Source of the DNA: Octopus vulgaris
Lineage: Eukaryota
Length of the DNA stretch: 64,000 nt
Direction of reading: 5' to 3'
Assembly: GCA_951406725.2 (NCBI GenBank)
Contig: OX597832.1
Span: 14,384,001-14,448,000, forward strand
Every line of letters starts with the position of its first letter. Positions within the stretch are counted from its first letter, which is position 1. Below the pieces are notes generated by a model that saw nothing but the letters and a program-made list of their open reading frames with translations, did no database searches and was not told the DNA's origin. Of this stretch, positions 41,059 through 54,201 are shown one piece after another. Made by a program: the position numbers and the translations under genes.

Positions 41059-41780
41059 GCAGCCACGCCTCATCGATTTTTTTTTTTTGGGGGGGGACTC
41101 TACCCATCCTTACTCTGGCCGCACGTTTGCCACAGTAAGTAGGCAGAAGGGCCCACTCGGCTGATCTCAGAGGCACGGTGGAGTGTTTCCTCGCTTCCTC
41201 CTCACTTAAGAAGCGTACTTCCACTGTGCCGTATTTTTTTCCCTCATGTAAAATGTCGTACTCTCCTGTATCTCTCGTAGACATTCTTCTATCTCTTCCT
41301 CCGCTGCTACTTTCACTTTTTTTGTTGTTGTCACATTCAACTGTCTGTAAACGATTGCTCTTTTTTTCCCGTTTTTTAAAGCATTTCTTCAGGAAGCGTA
41401 AACATTAGGATCTCCCCACTCCTTCTTCAGGGAACCGTGATATATTTTTTTTATAATTCTCTTTAAATTCTATTTCATAGACTTACAATACATCAACTGC
41501 CAGGCCTTTACCGGTCACCGCAGCATAACACCCCGTTGGTTTACTTTCTATGACAGTATTTTTTCATAACTTCACCCACATATGGGGAAGAAAAAATAAA
41601 AGCCTGTTAACAACAACAATTCCTGCAATTCCAGTTAATAACGGTTTCAACAATTTAGCAAATTAACAATGCAATACAACAGAACTCATATGGAGCGAAC
41701 TCAAATGCAACTCAAATACAACAACTCGCAAGACTGCCTAAACACTCTCCCTTACCACTACTCTTTATAAGATTTCGTCT
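41059..41780 (-). pseudogene. Third copy (N-terminal part) of the gag/ORF1-like element
   Basis: KKYGTVEVRFLSEEEARKHSTVPLRSAEWALLPTYCGKRAARVRMGRVPP..IDEAWLL aligns with EEKANQHTATTL..LLPNYLGRRVAKVRVEEVP..VNWL. Confidence 0.65.
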
Positions 41781-41829
41781 AGTCCTTTCATCCAATCCCC
41801 CAGGGTTGTCGGCTACTCATCATTATGTG

Positions 41830-42684
41830 AGGTTGTTTCTAAATTCTGTCATTATTTTTCATGTTTTCTTGTCTAGTTGTGTTGGTTCATTTAATGTCAA
41901 ATTAAGATTATTGAAACTGTAAGTTATAACTGAGTAAGCTCGAATATTGTTACTCAGTATCTTGTGTTTTTTTGTTTTTTTGCATTGAGCTCTGTTTAAG
42001 TATTAATCTAACACGACTGCAGAAATCATTCGTTACCTTCTCTTTCACCTGTCTGAGTTCATTCATTCCTAAGTACATATATTCCTTTGTTTGCTCTCGT
42101 TCATTTCTTCCTTTCTTTTTTTCATCTAGTGCCATATTTTTCCTCTTAAATAATTTTCCTTTTTCCATGTCTATTTTGGCACATATTTCTAAGATCAATT
42201 TCATGTTTATTTCATTTGGTAGATCCATGCATTGACTGTAGTTATGTTTCCAATTTGTTATTTGCATCGTACATACTTAGATCATACATATACAAGGCAT
42301 GGTTGATTGCTTTACCGTAGCAGTTGTATCCACATCCAGTTCTGTGTAGCATATCCGTTAAAGGTGTCAGTGCCAAACAAATAAGAAGCGGAGAGAGCGG
42401 GTCTCCTTGGAATTTTCGTTTTTGGTCAAACTTGCCACTGCATATATTATCTCATTTAGTCTGGTCAGAATGACATTTGTTTCTGATGCAATTGGAGCTG
42501 TGACTACCAGATTTATACTGTTTATACTAACTATACTAATTTATACTAATTTTGCAGCATCATTCTGTTTTATTTTTGCTGACTATAAGCACTATTACCA
42601 ATTTCTTAATTTCCTGCGATATTCTCTAATTCATATTTCTTACATTTGAGAATTCCTAAACTCTAATGCATGGGAGACACAGCC
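41830..42684 (-). pseudogene. Old Dong/R4-type RT remnant
   Basis: FQGDPLSPLLICLALTPL; INHALYMYDLSMY; KEYMYLG; SRVRLILK..ELNAK; multiple stops and frameshifts. Confidence 0.85.
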
Positions 42685-42698
42685 CATATATTCCTTGT

Positions 42699-42996
42699 GG
42701 AGGCACATGGCCTAGTGGTTAGAGCAGTGGACTCTCGGTTGAGGGATTGCGGGTTCGAATCTCAGACCGGGCGATGTGTGTGTTTATGAGCGAAACACCT
42801 AAGCTCAACGTGGCTCCGGCAGAAGGTAATTGCGAACTTCTGCTGACTCTTTCGCCACAACTTCCTCTCACTCTTTCCTGCTGCATCTTGCAGCTCACCT
42901 GCGACGGACCGGCGTCCCGTCCAGGTGGGGAACCTATACGCTAAGGAAACCGGGTAACCGACCCTTATGAGCCAGGCATGCTCGAGAAGGAACAAA
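42699..42996 (+). mobile_element. tRNA SINE (head/body A-like + tail Y) with 14-bp TSD
   Basis: TSD catatattccttgt at 42685-42698 and 42997-43010; TGGCCTAGTGGTTAGAGCAG..GGTTCGAATC head. Confidence 0.92.
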
Positions 42997-43629
42997 CATA
43001 TATTCCTTGTCTTCATTTTATTTCTTCCATTCATTTTAGATGATATTACGATTATCACGCACTTAGAATATTCTGAGAAATTATAATCGTCGTCATTTTA
43101 GCCGCAACGCATTTTCCGTAATTTTAAAAAAAAATTTTATTTCTCATTCACAGTGTTAACTTGTGTGCAGATATAATCTTTCATTCAGTCTCTTTCTGCA
43201 GGCCCCTTTTCATCTAATTCTTCTTCCAGTTCTGCGTTTTATCTACTCGAACCTCATCCTTAGATATAAATAATTTACTATTCAAATATTCTTTGCGATA
43301 AGACATTTCCTTTTTATGTTGTACAAATTAATTGCACTTCCCATCATCAAGGATAACATTTTCTTTTTTTACCGACTTAATTAAGTTTTCATTGCTTTCA
43401 TCGATATGATTTTCAGTTTGGCAACCTCTATAATCACATGATCATCAACACTTATTGACCCTCGTTCTACTTTGCTCCTCTTCGCATGTAGACTCTTAAC
43501 ATCTGCTTGGAATAGAATGTCCTATATATCGTTAACATTATTACGATCGATAGTTTTGTTAAATTCACTATTATCTATTTACTTGTTATTGTTATTTTTA
43601 TCATTATTATTCGAACAACAGCCCGTACG

Positions 43630-43765
43630 TTCTGTGTTCAAATTCTTCTTTCACCCTTTCGGGGTCGATAAAATAGATGAAAGGTGGATACTACGTCGAT
43701 GCAATATCGTTTTACCCCTCCGTTATATTCGGCGGCTGTGTGCCAAATTTTGAAGCCATTTCAAT
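43630..43765 (+). mobile_element. Degenerate Meta-domain-like SINE fragment
   Basis: gttcaaattcttctttcaccctttcggggtcgataaaata. Confidence 0.6.
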
Positions 43766-44514
43766 CGGTGTTGTTGTTTTTGGTATTATAATTATTATTT
43801 TAACCTGTAAATACTATATAACTTTTGCTCGTTATTTTCGTTCTCCCGAAAAGCAGAAATATAGATGAAAACATTTACTCACATCTATTTACTACTGCGA
43901 ATACTTTGGGAGTGTTATTGAATACACTTTCCGTTTGGGGAGTAAAAACATTTTAACATTTTCAAACAATTCGATCACAATTTTTGTATGTTTTCATTAA
44001 ATGTAAATATGGCTTCCACTAACAATTTAGACAAAACCCATGGTGAAACTTAATTAATTACCACATATTAGAAAGGAAACAAATAAAGAAAGCTAATATA
44101 ATTATACATCAAAAAGGCAATATTCTACATGGAGAAAACTAATGATTTTTTTTAAACAAAATCTAACATTGAATTAGGTATTGTGAAAATCTTGCGAAAA
44201 GAGGAAGAATGCCAACAATAGAGACAGACAAAAACATTTTTACAATAGTGATTAAAATATAAAAATAAAATTTATTCCCGTGGTGTGACGCACTGGGAAA
44301 ACCTTAATATATGTAAATTAGGCGGCGAAACATGTAATTGGCAAAAAGTTTGCAACTAGCTTAACAACAGCGCTGCCGTAGATTATATAGAAATACAAGA
44401 GAATAATAATTTCATTTCTTAGTGCATCATGATGTTGAGACGGTGTCTTTGAAATCACGTGGTTGTAGTTTCAGACCTCTGTCATGACACATTGCACAAA
44501 TATCTCTCCTAAGT

Positions 44515-44904
44515 TTTTTTTTGGAAGCACTCCTTCGGTTACGACGATGAGGGTTCAGGTTGATCCGATCAACGGAACAGCCTGCTCGTGAAATTAACGT
44601 ATAAGTGGCTGAGCACTCCACAGACACGTGTACCCTTAACGTAGTTCTCGGGGATATTCAGCGTGACACAGAGAGTGACAAGGCCGGCCCTTTGAAATAC
44701 AGGAACAACAGAAACAGGAAGGAAGAGTGAGAGAAAGTTGTGGTGAAAGAGTACAGCAGGGATCACCACCATCCCTGCCGGAGCCTCGTGGAGTTTTAGG
44801 TGTTTTCGCTCAATAAACACTCACAACGCCCGGTCTGGGAATCGAAACCGCGATCCTACGACCGCGAGTCCGCTGCCCTAACCACTGGGCCATTGCGCCT
44901 CCTC
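44515..44904 (-). mobile_element. tRNA SINE (head/body A + tail X) with 13-bp TSD, nested in an old family K SINE
   Basis: TSD atctctcctaagt at 44502-44514 and 44905-44917; the flanks rejoin into a diverged K-type sequence (about 44430-44980). Confidence 0.92.
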
Positions 44905-45064
44905 ATCTCTCCTAAGTACACATGGACCGACCAATGCCAAGTCAGTGAATTTGGTAGCTGAAAATAGTGATGAAACCAGCCTCTCAATCATGCACGCGCA
45001 TATACATAAGTGTATGTGTGTGCATGTATATGTGTGTGGGTGTGTCTATATATATATCTACAGA

Positions 45065-45108
<44 letters not shown>

Positions 45109-45123
45109 AATATATATATATAT

Positions 45124-45900
45124 ATTTGTGGTTGTAGAGATCTTGCGACTGCTAAATTTAGTGTGCTAGTACTAACTACAACCACACATTTTCACAGGTA
45201 CACATAAATTAAAGTCGAGGAAATGAGAAAAAATTCTAATCCACAGCACCAAAACCAGATGAATCCTAAATTGAAAAGCCTAGCAATACCCATATTATCA
45301 CGATCTTGAACTTTGTGGAGGTGGGACTTTTCAGCTTGTCTCACTGCCCACAAGTGTCATATAATTTTGCTCATCGCGACAAATGCGCATGACAACCGTT
45401 TTCAATGCTGCGATAAATTTAAAACTTGGTTGGAGTGAATAATAAATTATAAATATATATATATAACGATGTTATTGTTTAAAATAATATCAAGTGTCAT
45501 AGCATGCGTTGAAAAATACTATGGATTAGAATATTATCAATTATTAATTGAGGGACTACAGGTAGTAACAGCACACTCAAAACAGCACACTCGAAAAACC
45601 GGCACGCTAAAAATAGCAGTCAGAAGACAACTACAACCACAAATTTCCACTGATGCACATTTATTGAAGTCGAGGGAATGAGCAAAAGATACTGAGGAGA
45701 ACTAAGTCCCACCTCCAGAAAGTTCGAAATCGTGACTATAAACGTATGTCTGACTTTACATTTTACGAATCTTTTCGTTGTTGGTACAGGGAATTAGACA
45801 TTCTGCTCAGTCCCCGACTTCAAGTAATGTGTATCAGTGAACTCTTGTGGCTGTAGTTGTCTTCTGACTGCTATTTTTAGCGTGCCGTTCTACCTGTAGT
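45124..45900. repeat. Diverged split inverted/direct repeat element with a decayed hammerhead-like motif
   Basis: Inverted repeats 45600-45684/45804-45887 and about 45230-45330/45704-45800; direct copies 45124-45165 ~ 45845-45886 and 45175-45227 ~ 45631-45682. Confidence 0.7.
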
Positions 45901-46041
45901 ACGCTTAATAATTAATTAAAAGCTGTTTACGTCATGGTATATTTTTACGCATAGCATCTCATTATTTTATTGTAAACAATAATTTCCCTATACATACATA
46001 CATACATAATGCATACATACATACATTCATACATACATACT

Positions 46042-46098
<57 letters not shown>

Positions 46099-46279
46099 TT
46101 TCTTACTACTGACCCTTGTCTGCTATGCTGCTGCTATGCTGACCACCGTCTCGCCCTACCTCACACGCCTACACACAGACGCACACACTAACACATACAT
46201 ATATATTTTTTGTTTTTTTATCTCGCCTCACACACACACATACACACACGCACACGCACACACTCACACATACACACAC

Positions 46280-46570
46280 ATCTGTTGCGTTACCAACCTT
46301 GTCTCCACTCTTTTGCCTTTAAAAACCCACTTTGCTCTTGTTATCGTAAACATCCGCCTTTCACCATGTGTAACTCCTAAACACCAGTCGTTTTTTTTCT
46401 CTATCCCCGTGGCCCGCTCTGGGATCTTTCTCTCCTCTCTCTTCCTTCTTTATGTTTCCGACGAAGAGATCCGCTCGAAACGTCATACCTCCCTGCTCCC
46501 ATTTCCTGAGCGCCTATTAATAATAATACTGTAATTGTTCCATTGTTGTTGTTTTTTTGTTTCCCGTTTG
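46280..46570 (+). mobile_element. PLE pseudo-LTR remnant with decayed minimal hammerhead (46452-46490)
   Basis: CCGACGA-A-GAG(AUCCG)CUC-GAAA-CG-UC; U4 is mutated to C; pyrimidine-rich pLTR-like context. Confidence 0.6.
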
Positions 46571-46574
46571 GATT

Positions 46575-46630
<56 letters not shown>

Positions 46631-46639
46631 ATAAACTGA

Positions 46640-47150
46640 AAAATACACGTTGTGTAGAGGACTTCACCAAGGAATGAAAAACACGTAAACACACGAGAGA
46701 ACAATACAGTACAAAATACTAACAGAGGATAACTCCTCATCAGTTGTCGGACTGTTTATTACGCCTGTTTCATAATTGTAGCGACACTATAGGGAAGTTC
46801 ATAAGACAGCAGCATCCAGACATTTAAGAAATATAAAATTCCTGGAGGGTTAGAACTCAGGACGAAATAACAACGAGTGGTCGTACAGAGTAAACAATTG
46901 ACGAAGACAAATATTAAAGGACTGGAAGAAATGTTTCCAAGGAAATAGTATAGAAGAGAAGAAAATAGCAGAGGAAAATTGTAGAAGAAAATATGTCGTG
47001 AGCCGAGAAATATGACATCGAAATCGGTGAATGTCTCGTCTAGAATAGAAATGGGCAATAGAAAAAGTCTTTAGTCACGCGTGAGTAACAGAAGCAGAGG
47101 GTGGGAGAAACAAGAGAAATGATGAGGGAAAGAAACAAAAGCGGTGAGGA
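46640..47150 (-). mobile_element. Possible degenerate PLE remnant
   Basis: Minus strand RHSPISMSY..RHIF-like segment and a CTGATGAGGAG motif; similarity is weak. Confidence 0.35.
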
Positions 47151-47161
47151 GAAGAGAGATT

Positions 47162-47189
<28 letters not shown>

Positions 47190-47192
<3 letters not shown>

Positions 47193-47394
47193 CTTTACTA
47201 CCCACAATGGGCTACACACAGAGGGGACAAACAAGGACAGACAAACGGATTAAGTCGATTACATCGACCCCAGTGCGTAACTAGTACTTAATTTATCGAC
47301 ACCGAAAGGATGAGAGGCAAAGTCAACCTCGGCGGAATTTGAACTCAGAACTGCTACGCATTTCGCCCGGCGTGCTAACGTTTCTGCCAGCTCG

Positions 47395-47395
<1 letters not shown>
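47190..47395 (-). mobile_element. Meta-domain-like SINE
   Basis: Same family as 7361-7750. Confidence 0.88.
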
Positions 47396-47435
<40 letters not shown>

Positions 47436-47779
47436 TGTGTGTGTGTGTGTTTGAGAGAGTATGTGAATATATAAGAAGAAAAAATGGAGATCTGGAAGTT
47501 AATAATCGTTTATTACCAACAACAAATCAAGCATCCATTTCTATATTAAGAGATGGGAAATTATGTACATTATTTACATTATTTACATTATTTATGGTTG
47601 ACGGATATTCGTCCGCATCTTGTTTTCTGTTAACACAACATATCGCCTGATATACCCTCCAGCCTTCATGAGGTGTCTTGGGGAAATTTCGAATCTGGGT
47701 TCTCATTCCTAAGGTATTTTTTCGATGTAATTATCATTATGCCTGAAATCGAACTCGGTATGATAAAATAATAATAATA

Positions 47780-48205
47780 GATTTGCTTGTCAGTTGTTTG
47801 ACCTTAACCAGTTGATCATGTCCCTTAGTGGCTGATGATATGTACATCTTTGATCACGAGCAGAAGTAGTGGGGGAGCATCATAGCCATGTGTTGAGAGG
47901 GATTCTTTGGGGTTTGAATAATTCACCTCTGGAAACATGGGTGGTTCGTTCAACATCCTTAAACAATCCTTATTCAGGGACCTTATGTGTGGGATGAGCT
48001 ACTCGACCACAAGAAAATTCTAACTCGGCCCCACCTGCAAGGTCATGCGCTATTTATCTTGATACGAGATCACTATGTCGCGCACATACGGTTGTGATGC
48101 ATGTGCCTGGTGTACCCTTATCAGACGGGTAGTCATGATGGGTATACTGGGCTTCATATATTTTACCCCAGTGTCACTTTGATGGCATGCACTGCTCTCT
48201 CACTC

Positions 48206-48250
<45 letters not shown>
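47780..48250 (+). mobile_element. About 425-bp non-coding GC-richer insert with (TAA)n tail, flanked by TAA repeats
   Basis: Composition shift between (TAA)4 at 47767-47779 and (AAT)n at 48206-48249; no ORF or tRNA head recognised. Confidence 0.5.
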
Positions 48251-48322
48251 TACAACAACCACTACAACAGCAACATCGAAAATTACCTAAAGAATGTGAA
48301 CACAGGCTTGAAGTTTCCCAAG

Positions 48323-48366
48323 ACACCTGATGAAAGCTGGAGGGTATATCAGCCGAAACGTTGTGT
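48323..48366 (+). ncRNA. Minimal type I hammerhead ribozyme (PLE type, palindromic stem III)
   Basis: ACAC-CUGAUGA-A-AGCUG(GAGGGUAUAU)CAGCC-GAAA-CG-UU-GUGU; the inverted copy has GGCUG, restoring the first stem II pair. Confidence 0.75.
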
Positions 48367-49654
48367 TAACAACAAACAAGATTAGCACAAATATCCGTCG
48401 AATGTAAATAATGTAAATAATGCATATAATTCCTCATCTCTTAAATATAGAAATGTACTAAAAACTTGGAAGTTCTTTGGAGCAATGATGAAACAAATAG
48501 TATATTCGAGAATGGTTGACACAGGTACTATAGACAACTACTGTAAGTCCTGCAATCAGTATGCAGCTGTAATTCAAAGATAATCACGCTGTAGCAAAAA
48601 TCTTCAGTATATAGAGTTTCAGTCATTAGTCGAAGGTAAATGTCAAGCTATTGAGAACATTTGTTTTTCTGTATGCCGTTATTTTCATCGCTCTGAAATT
48701 GCTTTGTTTTCTTACCAATATGAACCTCTCCGTTTGTATTAATTATCTCTGTCATATTCTCTTATGAAGTAAATGTATGCCCTTTGGCAAACTTATGACA
48801 TTTATCATTATTATTATCAAGAATATATTTAAAAACATCATTAAAAATATATTTCGACGTGACTGATTTCATTGTAATAGTGGTATATCGGTGAATAAGG
48901 AGAATGAGAAAGGTGTTGTCTAGCACAATTTTATATTATCACTTTATATTATGAGTTATAAAACTGATACAATTACTTTCTCCTGTCATTATTCAACAGG
49001 TGATAATGCAAGCACCGCTTATTTATGGAGTTATTTTCATTGACTATTGGTTCGGTTTCTATACTAACTTACCGTGTTATTGTTACAAATTATTTATATT
49101 TCAACTGCGTATTTAATTAGAAAATCTCATATTATCTCATATCATTTGCGATCTGCATAGCTGATTGTGAAAATAACAAGCTGTTTCTTTTTTTCATATG
49201 GCAATAGGAGGCTTCTTTGGTAAACTATGTTCTAGTGGACAAATTCCTCATAAAGAATACATAAGCACAAAAGTGTAACAGCCATGATAACCTCTATTTA
49301 ATTTCAGACATATTATATAATGTAAACTTCGAATATTGGGTCATTAATTACACTGCATTTTTTTTTTAATTCTCTGAAATATACCTCCGACGTTCACTTC
49401 ATTCCTTATATAACATATACACTCAAATCATGTACACAAATGGAAAGCTTATTCCTGAAGACGGGTGCTAGAAAGGAATATAGCTACTGGAGCAAAATAT
49501 GCACAACCAAATCACACATACATACACACACTCAAGCTGTTCGCATGAAATTTCCACAGCATAGATGGAAATAAAATCACAAACATTAATCCGAGTAAAC
49601 CTATGTTAAAAATATCGAAATATATTAATTAGATTCTTGTAGGATGGTAAACGT

Positions 49655-49900
49655 TTACTCAAAGTCGTAGAGCTCAACCTTCACACTTCAAGGCGGCTCA
49701 GAAGCCGGTTGCATGCCTTCCTCAATGTATTTTGGGAAGAACTGAGAACACGGCGTTGATTTCAGCTACAAATTCCATTGTATGTTTGGTATGTATCTCA
49801 ACCCCACACGTAGTATTTCTTGGGAATGATAGCAGGATATTTATGAGGCCACAATAAAGAGTTTGTGACGTTATAAAAGTTTTCTGACCAACATTTTTCA
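49655..49900 (-). mobile_element. Tc1/mariner-superfamily transposase C-terminal remnant
   Basis: Minus strand SENFYNVTNSLLWPHKYPAIIPKKYYVWG..KACNRLLSRLE; related to the 3.4 kb remnant. Confidence 0.6.
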
Positions 49901-50162
49901 TTCCGAGTCGCAACTCTGTATCAAAATCGGATATCTCGAGAACTTACCAGAATTTGTTTCCGTTGAGCACTGTCATTGGTAATTTCATGCCGAGCATCCC
50001 GACAGAGTTTTTCGCAAGTCCAAGATTGATAGGCTAATGGTTTAGTCATTTGATGGTTGTTTGTAAGGAATTAAATGTGCGAGCATTTGTGCTTGGATGT
50101 TTCTCAATTTTAAGATCTCTATCTACCACAACAGAATGTGTCAGTTACAGTGTTTCATCTTT

Positions 50163-50513
50163 AAGGACAAGTGTCTTCTACCATAGCCTCAGGTCGATCA
50201 AATCGTTGTGAGTGGATTTGGTAGACGGAAACTGAAAGAAGCCCGTCGTATATATGTATATATATATATATATATATAAATATATATATTTGTATCTGCG
50301 TGTGTTTGTGTGTCTGTGTTTGTCCCACCAACATCACTTGACAACCGATGGTGGTGTGTTTACGTCCACGCAACTTAGGGGTTCGGCAAAAGAGACCGAT
50401 AGCATAAGTAATAGGCTTCCAAAGAATAGTTCCTGGGAGCGATTTGCTCGAATAATGGAGGTGCTGCAGCTTGGCCGCAGTCAAATGACTGAAACAAGTA
50501 AACTAGTAAAAGA

Positions 50514-50515
<2 letters not shown>
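50163..50515 (+). mobile_element. SINE family K, 5'-truncated
   Basis: Homologous to 3810-4133. Confidence 0.88.
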
Positions 50516-50585
<70 letters not shown>

Positions 50586-51936
50586 GAATCGAAATATATA
50601 TCTTTGTAAGGAAATCATGCAACGTTTATAGATTTGTTAATGTTATTATAACCACCAGTTGGATACCGGTAATGTAATTAGATCTAGCGAGATTTAGAGA
50701 ATCTTCGCTTTAAAGAAATTTGCATAGCTTAGTAAGTCTCACTAGGGATTTCTTACCACGTTAGAAATACATTCTGCAAACACTGGATTCTATACGTCAG
50801 CTACACGCATCTTACATTCGAAGAAATAATTCAATGTTTCATAGATTATTTTCCATGATAAAAGATTTGATTTGCATCTATGCTGCAGCATATATGTAAA
50901 ATTTCTGCCATCAACCTAATTCTTCATCTTCTGTAAACTTCCGTTTTAGTTGACAGCTGCAAAATTTCTGTAAACTATTCATGCTTATATGCAAACATTG
51001 TACAAACTATGTACAGTTATATAATTCATATGCAAAAGTATTTTGCAAAAGAGAGGAGACATGACTGTTGCCTAATCTTGTATGTGAGATCGATGCTTTG
51101 AAGTGAATGTGATTTTGAAAAATATACCTCGATGGATACTGATGAAGATCAATATTGTTTTATCACTAAAATATATATAAATCAGCATACTAGTGTAACC
51201 AAAATTAATGTATTACATAACAAATATATTGTATAAGGTAGTTAAAACAAGTGATACATATAAGTGAGTGTTTAAACAACATTCTAATGAAGTAAAAATA
51301 TACAAATCAACAGTAAGTTCATAGTCAAGAAACAAACGGCAATAATTTCTTTTCCGAGAAGAAAATCGAAATAATCATACAAAATTTCGGAATAATTAAA
51401 CAACATTTTTATCCATAATAACTAAAAGGTGAATATATAGTTATAATAAAGGAAACGAAGTAGTGTAATTAGATATAAATTTATTTGGCAGGTGAATCTC
51501 GCATATTTACTGGCGAACGCATATTTCCATTGAAATTTAATAGGATATACTGAGATATAAATGCAAGAAGTGCATAAGAAAGAAGTGCTAAACAACACTA
51601 TCACATTAGAAATAATATCAAATAAAATGCACGAAGTACAAATTAGCGTGTTTCTGACGAGGCTGTCATCGTGGGGATTAATATTTCATACGTCATGAAT
51701 CACTTCGTTTTCCTTCAAACAAAAGCAATCGTAACTAACTTTCCGGTCAGAGGTGAAATATATGATCCCATTTTAACGTAATGCATGAAAATACATCTAC
51801 ACAAAATTGCATACAAACATCAATAAATACAAAGAAGATTCCGGCTCTGAAGTCTCATTCATATATGTCCCTATATTGTTCACATTGGTGTTATTTGTGA
51901 ACCTGAGTTAGTAATCAATGCAAACGGACGAAAATA

Positions 51937-52190
51937 GGAGATTTCCCGTGTTTCAAGGTCTTAGTCAAATTCAGCTGAAGAATTTTTTAGAAATATTAGT
52001 TGAATTATTCTCTTAAATATTGCTTGAAAATTCTTTATTTCCTTTGATTTTTTTTTAGCCAGTAGGTTCCTTGCGTTTGTTTATTTGGGTGGCTTTTGCT
52101 TATTTCGAACCTACTCATAATATATTTAGTTAATAGATAAGCTAAACTGGCATTTTATCATTCCATCTATTATATTTTCTCCCATATAAT
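51937..52190. repeat. Unclassified dispersed repeat, about 250 bp, copy 1
   Basis: Direct diverged copy at 58865-59102. Confidence 0.85.
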
Positions 52191-52499
52191 TTCCACCTTA
52201 TAGTCAATGCACAGCCGAACAGAAAACAGACAGAGATGGTCCCCAGAGATGGATAAGCAAACGGACGAAAATAGGACACTTTTTTATGGTGGACGTGACA
52301 ACAAATATACCTGCTCCCACTAACAAAACAAACGTACAAGCATTTTTATGTCAGGTAAATTATTACCAGCTGTACATACCTAAAATATATGAATAATTTG
52401 TTAAAGAAAGACACGAAATGGGACTGACAAACAAATGTCAGAAAATATTCGATGAATTAAAAAAGAGTTAACATCAGTGTTATCATTAATTCATTTCGA

Positions 52500-53340
52500 C
52501 ACAGATACAACCGTTTCCCAAAAACAGATTCAGCATGGTTTAGATTATATGCGGAATGTGCTAGCCCAGTAAATTATTATATCGACGTAGTGGATAGCTA
52601 TTCAAAGTGTATAAATGCTCATGGCCAATCGGAAATGTGACTGTTGACATCTTGGAAGAATTTTTCGCTCGTTATGGAGTGCTAGATAGGATTGTATCAG
52701 ATAATGGCACGCAATTCACGGCGAGGAAGTTGAAACAATTCTGTAAGTCAGTCCAGATAAAACGTATCATAAAGAAATATACCTATTTCTTTATTACCCA
52801 CAAGGGGCTAAAGACAGAGGGGACAAACAAGGACAGACATTGGTATTAAGTCGATTAAATCGACCCCAGTGCGTAACTGGTACTTAATTTATCGACCCCG
52901 AAAGGATGAAAGGCAAAGTCGACCTCGGCAGAATTTGAACTCAGAACGTAACGAAAGACGAAATACGGCTACGCATTTCGCCCGGTGTGCTAACGTTTCT
53001 GCCAACTCTGCCATACCATTCAAGGTCGAATGGAGGACCAGACGGGAAGCTTTTTAAGATGGAAATATGACGAAGTTCTTACAGAATAACACCGAATCCA
53101 AATTCATAGTCAGGTATTTTACCCACAGAATTGATGTTCTCTTGAAATATCCGTTCTGTGCCTGACAAATTGTTTCCAAGTAGGAAACATAAAATGCAAA
53201 ATTCGGTAAGTAGAACGAATTTTTTTGCCACAGGTGACGAAGAGTATTTTAAAATTTGTAAACATGGAAAACAGGATTGGGAACAAGGTAATAAAACTGG
53301 ACACCTGTGTAATGTACATGGTAAAAGGACCAAAAGCTGA
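52500..53340 (+). pseudogene. Ty3/gypsy-type integrase remnant interrupted by a SINE
   Basis: DVVDSYSK; ILEEFFARYGVLDRIVSDNGTQFTARKLKQFCK; resumes after the SINE as PYHSRSNG (compare PYHPRSNG). Confidence 0.85.
52780..53010 (-). mobile_element. Meta-domain-like SINE inserted into the integrase remnant
   Basis: Same family as 7361-7750. Confidence 0.9.
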
Positions 53341-53646
53341 ATAGAAAATACCTTTTAAGCAATTAAAGAAAAGATATACCAAGTATCAAGAAAAGAAAGG
53401 AATGAAGGGACGGACAGGAGGAGCGAAAGAAATAAAACTCTGAATGACTCGTCCTTGTTTTCTCTTATCCATTTTTGTGTGGTATGTATGTATGTATATA
53501 TGGAATATGGAATATTTATCACAAAATATACGTTCTGGAGTATTTGAATACCACGGCGCTTAGCTATCAAGATTTATTTAGTATTAACGGACTATCTGGT
53601 TTCATGTAAAATTATTTTGCATATACATACTTACGTACATATATAT

Positions 53647-53710
<64 letters not shown>

Positions 53711-54138
53711 GCGTTTGTGTCTGTGTGTAGTAAATAGCAAAAAATATACAAAGAATACCGTAAGCAACTAGTATATCCACTTAACTAAATTAAAATAACA
53801 AAACGGTTTTGGCGATGAGAACGTTACTGTTTATATGAATAATATATTGGTAGGTAATTGGTAACTAGCAAATAAGTAAATTGAAATGATAGATAAATAC
53901 AATTATACACACTATGGAAGGAAATTTAGACAGAAATATTGATTGAATTGTATTTTACATGATACATAATGCACACAGTTCTAGTATATATGTATATCAC
54001 TTTATACCAGCCTATCTCCCTTTCCCCACCAGTTGCTATATTCTCATTTATCTTACCCTAATGTAAATGTGTAAATATATATGTGCGTGCGTATATATGA
54101 ATATAAATCTATATCTATATCTATATATTTATATATTC

Positions 54139-54201
<63 letters not shown>

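Larger units (their letters stand above)
47536..48455. mobile_element. Inverted pair of PLE-type pseudo-LTRs (47536-47728 minus, 48273-48455 plus), each with a hammerhead motif
   Basis: Arms are reverse complements over about 185 bp and face outward from a central (TAA)n-bounded insert. Confidence 0.8.

Noticed and set aside
49452-49480. CTGAAGA...GAAA motif
   Set aside because: Stem II is poorly paired and there is no stem III or UH; expected by chance.
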